A stretch of DNA of 64,000 nucleotides from Octopus bimaculoides (taxonomy: Eukaryota): contig NC_068991.1 of NCBI RefSeq assembly GCF_001194135.2, positions 6,107,651-6,171,650 on the forward strand, in the 5' to 3' direction. A program made the translations under genes and the position numbers. Positions 61,304-64,000 of this stretch are shown in pieces. The notes beneath the pieces were generated by a model. It worked only from the letters and a program-made list of their open reading frames with translations, made no database searches and had not been told where the DNA came from. Each line of letters starts with the position of its first letter. The first letter of the stretch is position 1.

Positions 61304-63809
61304 GTGTGCTTCTTGTTGTGGTTAAGAAAATTCTGTTTTGTTTGGTTTTTTGGTTTTTTTCATCTTTGAAAATTCCTTTTAAATAATTCATGTGTCCAGA
61401 TATTCTGATATGTCGTTAGTGTTAGGCTTTTCTATTTTTTTTTTTTATATCTGTTTTTTTAATTAGTGAATTACATATTCACATATACTTGTATAAGTGT
61501 GTGTGTATGTGTGTACAGACTTTTTAACGCATCCCTGTACACACAATTCAGTTCTGAACATATACAGTAAACATACAAACACACATCACTTATGTTAGGA
61601 ATATAAATAAATATGTCATTGCTTAAATTTCTTTAAATAAAGACTTTATTTATAGTCTGTTTGTATGTTTGTGCCTATGTATGCACAAAGCTGAAACCAA
61701 CTTTTTTCAGTTCCAATCACATACAATTTAGCCACACAGTTGCTGAATAATTTCATCCATTCTTCATATTTTATTGAAATTATGCCATAGAACATATATA
61801 TTAATTCTATATAAGTATTTCTAGACTTGCTTTAAAACAATATTGGGACAAAGTCCCCCACATCATTCCTTATATAGAGTCTGTCTGTATGCTCTTTGGT
61901 AACTTAAAAGATTTTCATTAAGAAACAGAGACTTGTGTCTTTTTTGTCCCCCCCCCCCTTTTTTTTATTATGTCAGTTTTATCAGTTCATTAAACCATTA
62001 CTTCTTACTAGTTTAATGTGTTTTGTTATGTTGCACAATATTATGTTCTCCATCTCATAGGATCATATTGGTTCATGTGTGCTTAGCTTTTGTATATATG
62101 TGTGTATGTGCATGCATGTGTGTGTGTGTGTGTGTGTGTGTGTACACATTACTATGATACTATATTGTATGATGTTTCATACGTACACAATACTATTACA
62201 ATGAACTCACACATTCACATGTGTTATTGTGCATAACATACTATTCATTCTGCATGCTATGATGGAAGATAATTAAAAAAAAAACAACAGCAAACAAACA
62301 AAAAATCATCTATAATGTTCAATAGAATCACTATATTGAACATTATAGACATACTGTTCCCGACATGTTCAATACTGAGCACATTACATATTGCACTGTT
62401 TGCTATAGACAACATACTGTACATAGGTCTCTGCTTATCGCAGGGCATCAACTCTGTTGTTTGCTATGCATTCAATGTTAAATAATATCAATAATATCCC
62501 CCCCCCATACACTCTGCTGTTGTTCATTATTATACTCAGACCCACAAATGCCATTCTGTTCACTAGAATTAAAATACATTGAACGTCGCCCATAGCATCC
62601 TAAATCACCCCCTACACACACACACACACATATATAACTGAATAAGTTGGAGTCAACAAAGAGTACAGTTAGACATTTGTAATCACTACAATTGTTTCTG
62701 TGCAATGTAGTTCTTCCTATATATATATATATATATATATAACTGAATGAGTTGGGGTCAACAACAAGGAGTACAGTCGGACATTTGTTTGCAGTTACTA
62801 CAATTGTTTTCCATTTAACGTAATTAATTCTCCAAGTCTGGAGAACTGTGTTGTGCAGAAACAATTGTTGTGATTGCAAATAAATGTCCGGCTGTACTCC
62901 TTGTTCACTCCAAATTATTCAATTATCCATTCACACACTACAGAAGCCCAAATGCAAACCACGAAGTACATATAATACTACTACTGGGTAGCACCGGGCG
63001 AAATCTGAAGGTGGATGTGCTTTATACTGTACTCTATTACATTCTTAAAAAAATATAACATAACTATATATATATAGAGAGAATATGGTGTTCTGATACA
63101 TACATTGCATTATGAATAATTTTCTTGCATTATTTCCTCCTGTTTTTAATCACCACAATTGTTTTTGTGGCTTTTTCCTTCCAACACTCGGAGTTGCGGG
63201 GACCGTCCACATTTCATTAATTCCACCACACTTATTACATAAAAGAACTCAAGTTACATCAATTCATGTATGTAAGTAAGTATGCAGCTTCATCAGTGAC
63301 TTTAATGTTGTATGTGGGAAGTTTTTCACACATTCTTAAAAAAAGGGTTTTTTTTCTTTTCCTTTTTTTTTTTTGTTTTTTTTTTTTTTCTATTATCCCA
63401 TCACAATATATAAATGATAGCTAATGTGCGGAAATTCTTGAACTGCTCAAACAATTTGTAATCAGTATTTCCAATGTTTCCATTTTGAAAATAAATTTGA
63501 AACACGTACAATGTTGTGGAATCCTAGTTTTTTTCAAACACATCTTGTTTCTGACATATTTTCTTCTTTTTTTTTTAATTATTTCACGTTAAAAAAAAAA
63601 AAAGAACTGCAAATAAAGTACACTTGAAGATTTATTTTAGAAAACATACAGTTATTGTTTGGAATTTTTCCTTATTTCTTGTTTTTGTTATAAATTTCAA
63701 TTTTTACATCTTGAAAAATTTATAGCCTTTGATGAAATTTGATTAAATTTTGATGCATTCAGGAATGTTACAGAATAATGATAGAATTATTGTGGAAGCC
63801 TGATAGTCT

Positions 63810-64000
63810 CAGGGTATTTGCACCCACAATCTCAAGATTGTGGTTTCAATTCCCAGGCTGGGCAGTGCATTGTGTTCTTGAGAATAACACTTCACTTCAC
63901 ATTGCTCAAGTCCACTCAGCTGTAAAGTGGAGGCACATGGCTCAGTGGTTCAGGTGTTGAACTCCTGATCGTAAGATTGTGGTTTCAATTCCTGGATCAG
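63810..64000 (+). mobile_element. Two tandem SINE family C heads, running off the window end
   Basis: aagattgtggtttcaattcc occurs twice; gtggaggcacatggctcagtggttcagg. Confidence 0.85.

Overview
This is eukaryotic, strongly AT-rich draft genomic DNA, dense in microsatellites and short repeats, with ten N gaps. The repeat families look like those of an Octopus (coleoid cephalopod) genome, an inference from recalled repeat consensus sequences. There are no prokaryotic features such as operons or CRISPR, and nearly all ORFs in the supplied track are microsatellite, gap or antisense noise. The main feature is the 3' part of a + strand gene. Fourteen exons (1-22 through 47309-47347) join in frame through GT-AG introns into about 500 aa ending in a DUF4211-type domain (QSER1/PRR12 family). 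Upstream of that domain is an uncharacterised ~90-aa module present twice as a duplicated exon pair, separated by an acidic exon and a 20-kb intron. The introns carry several tRNA-derived SINE families, RTE-type LINE fragments, two mariner transposase relics and TTAA- or TA-flanked MITEs. The strongest hunt results are: (1) a TSD-flanked inverted element joining a tRNA-like Pol III head to a Penelope-type tail with minimal hammerhead ribozyme motifs, plus two other hammerhead-like families; (2) the duplicated domain, with a possible short isoform and frame-switching cassette exons; (3) a possible unannotated downstream gene near 58.2-61.3 kb.
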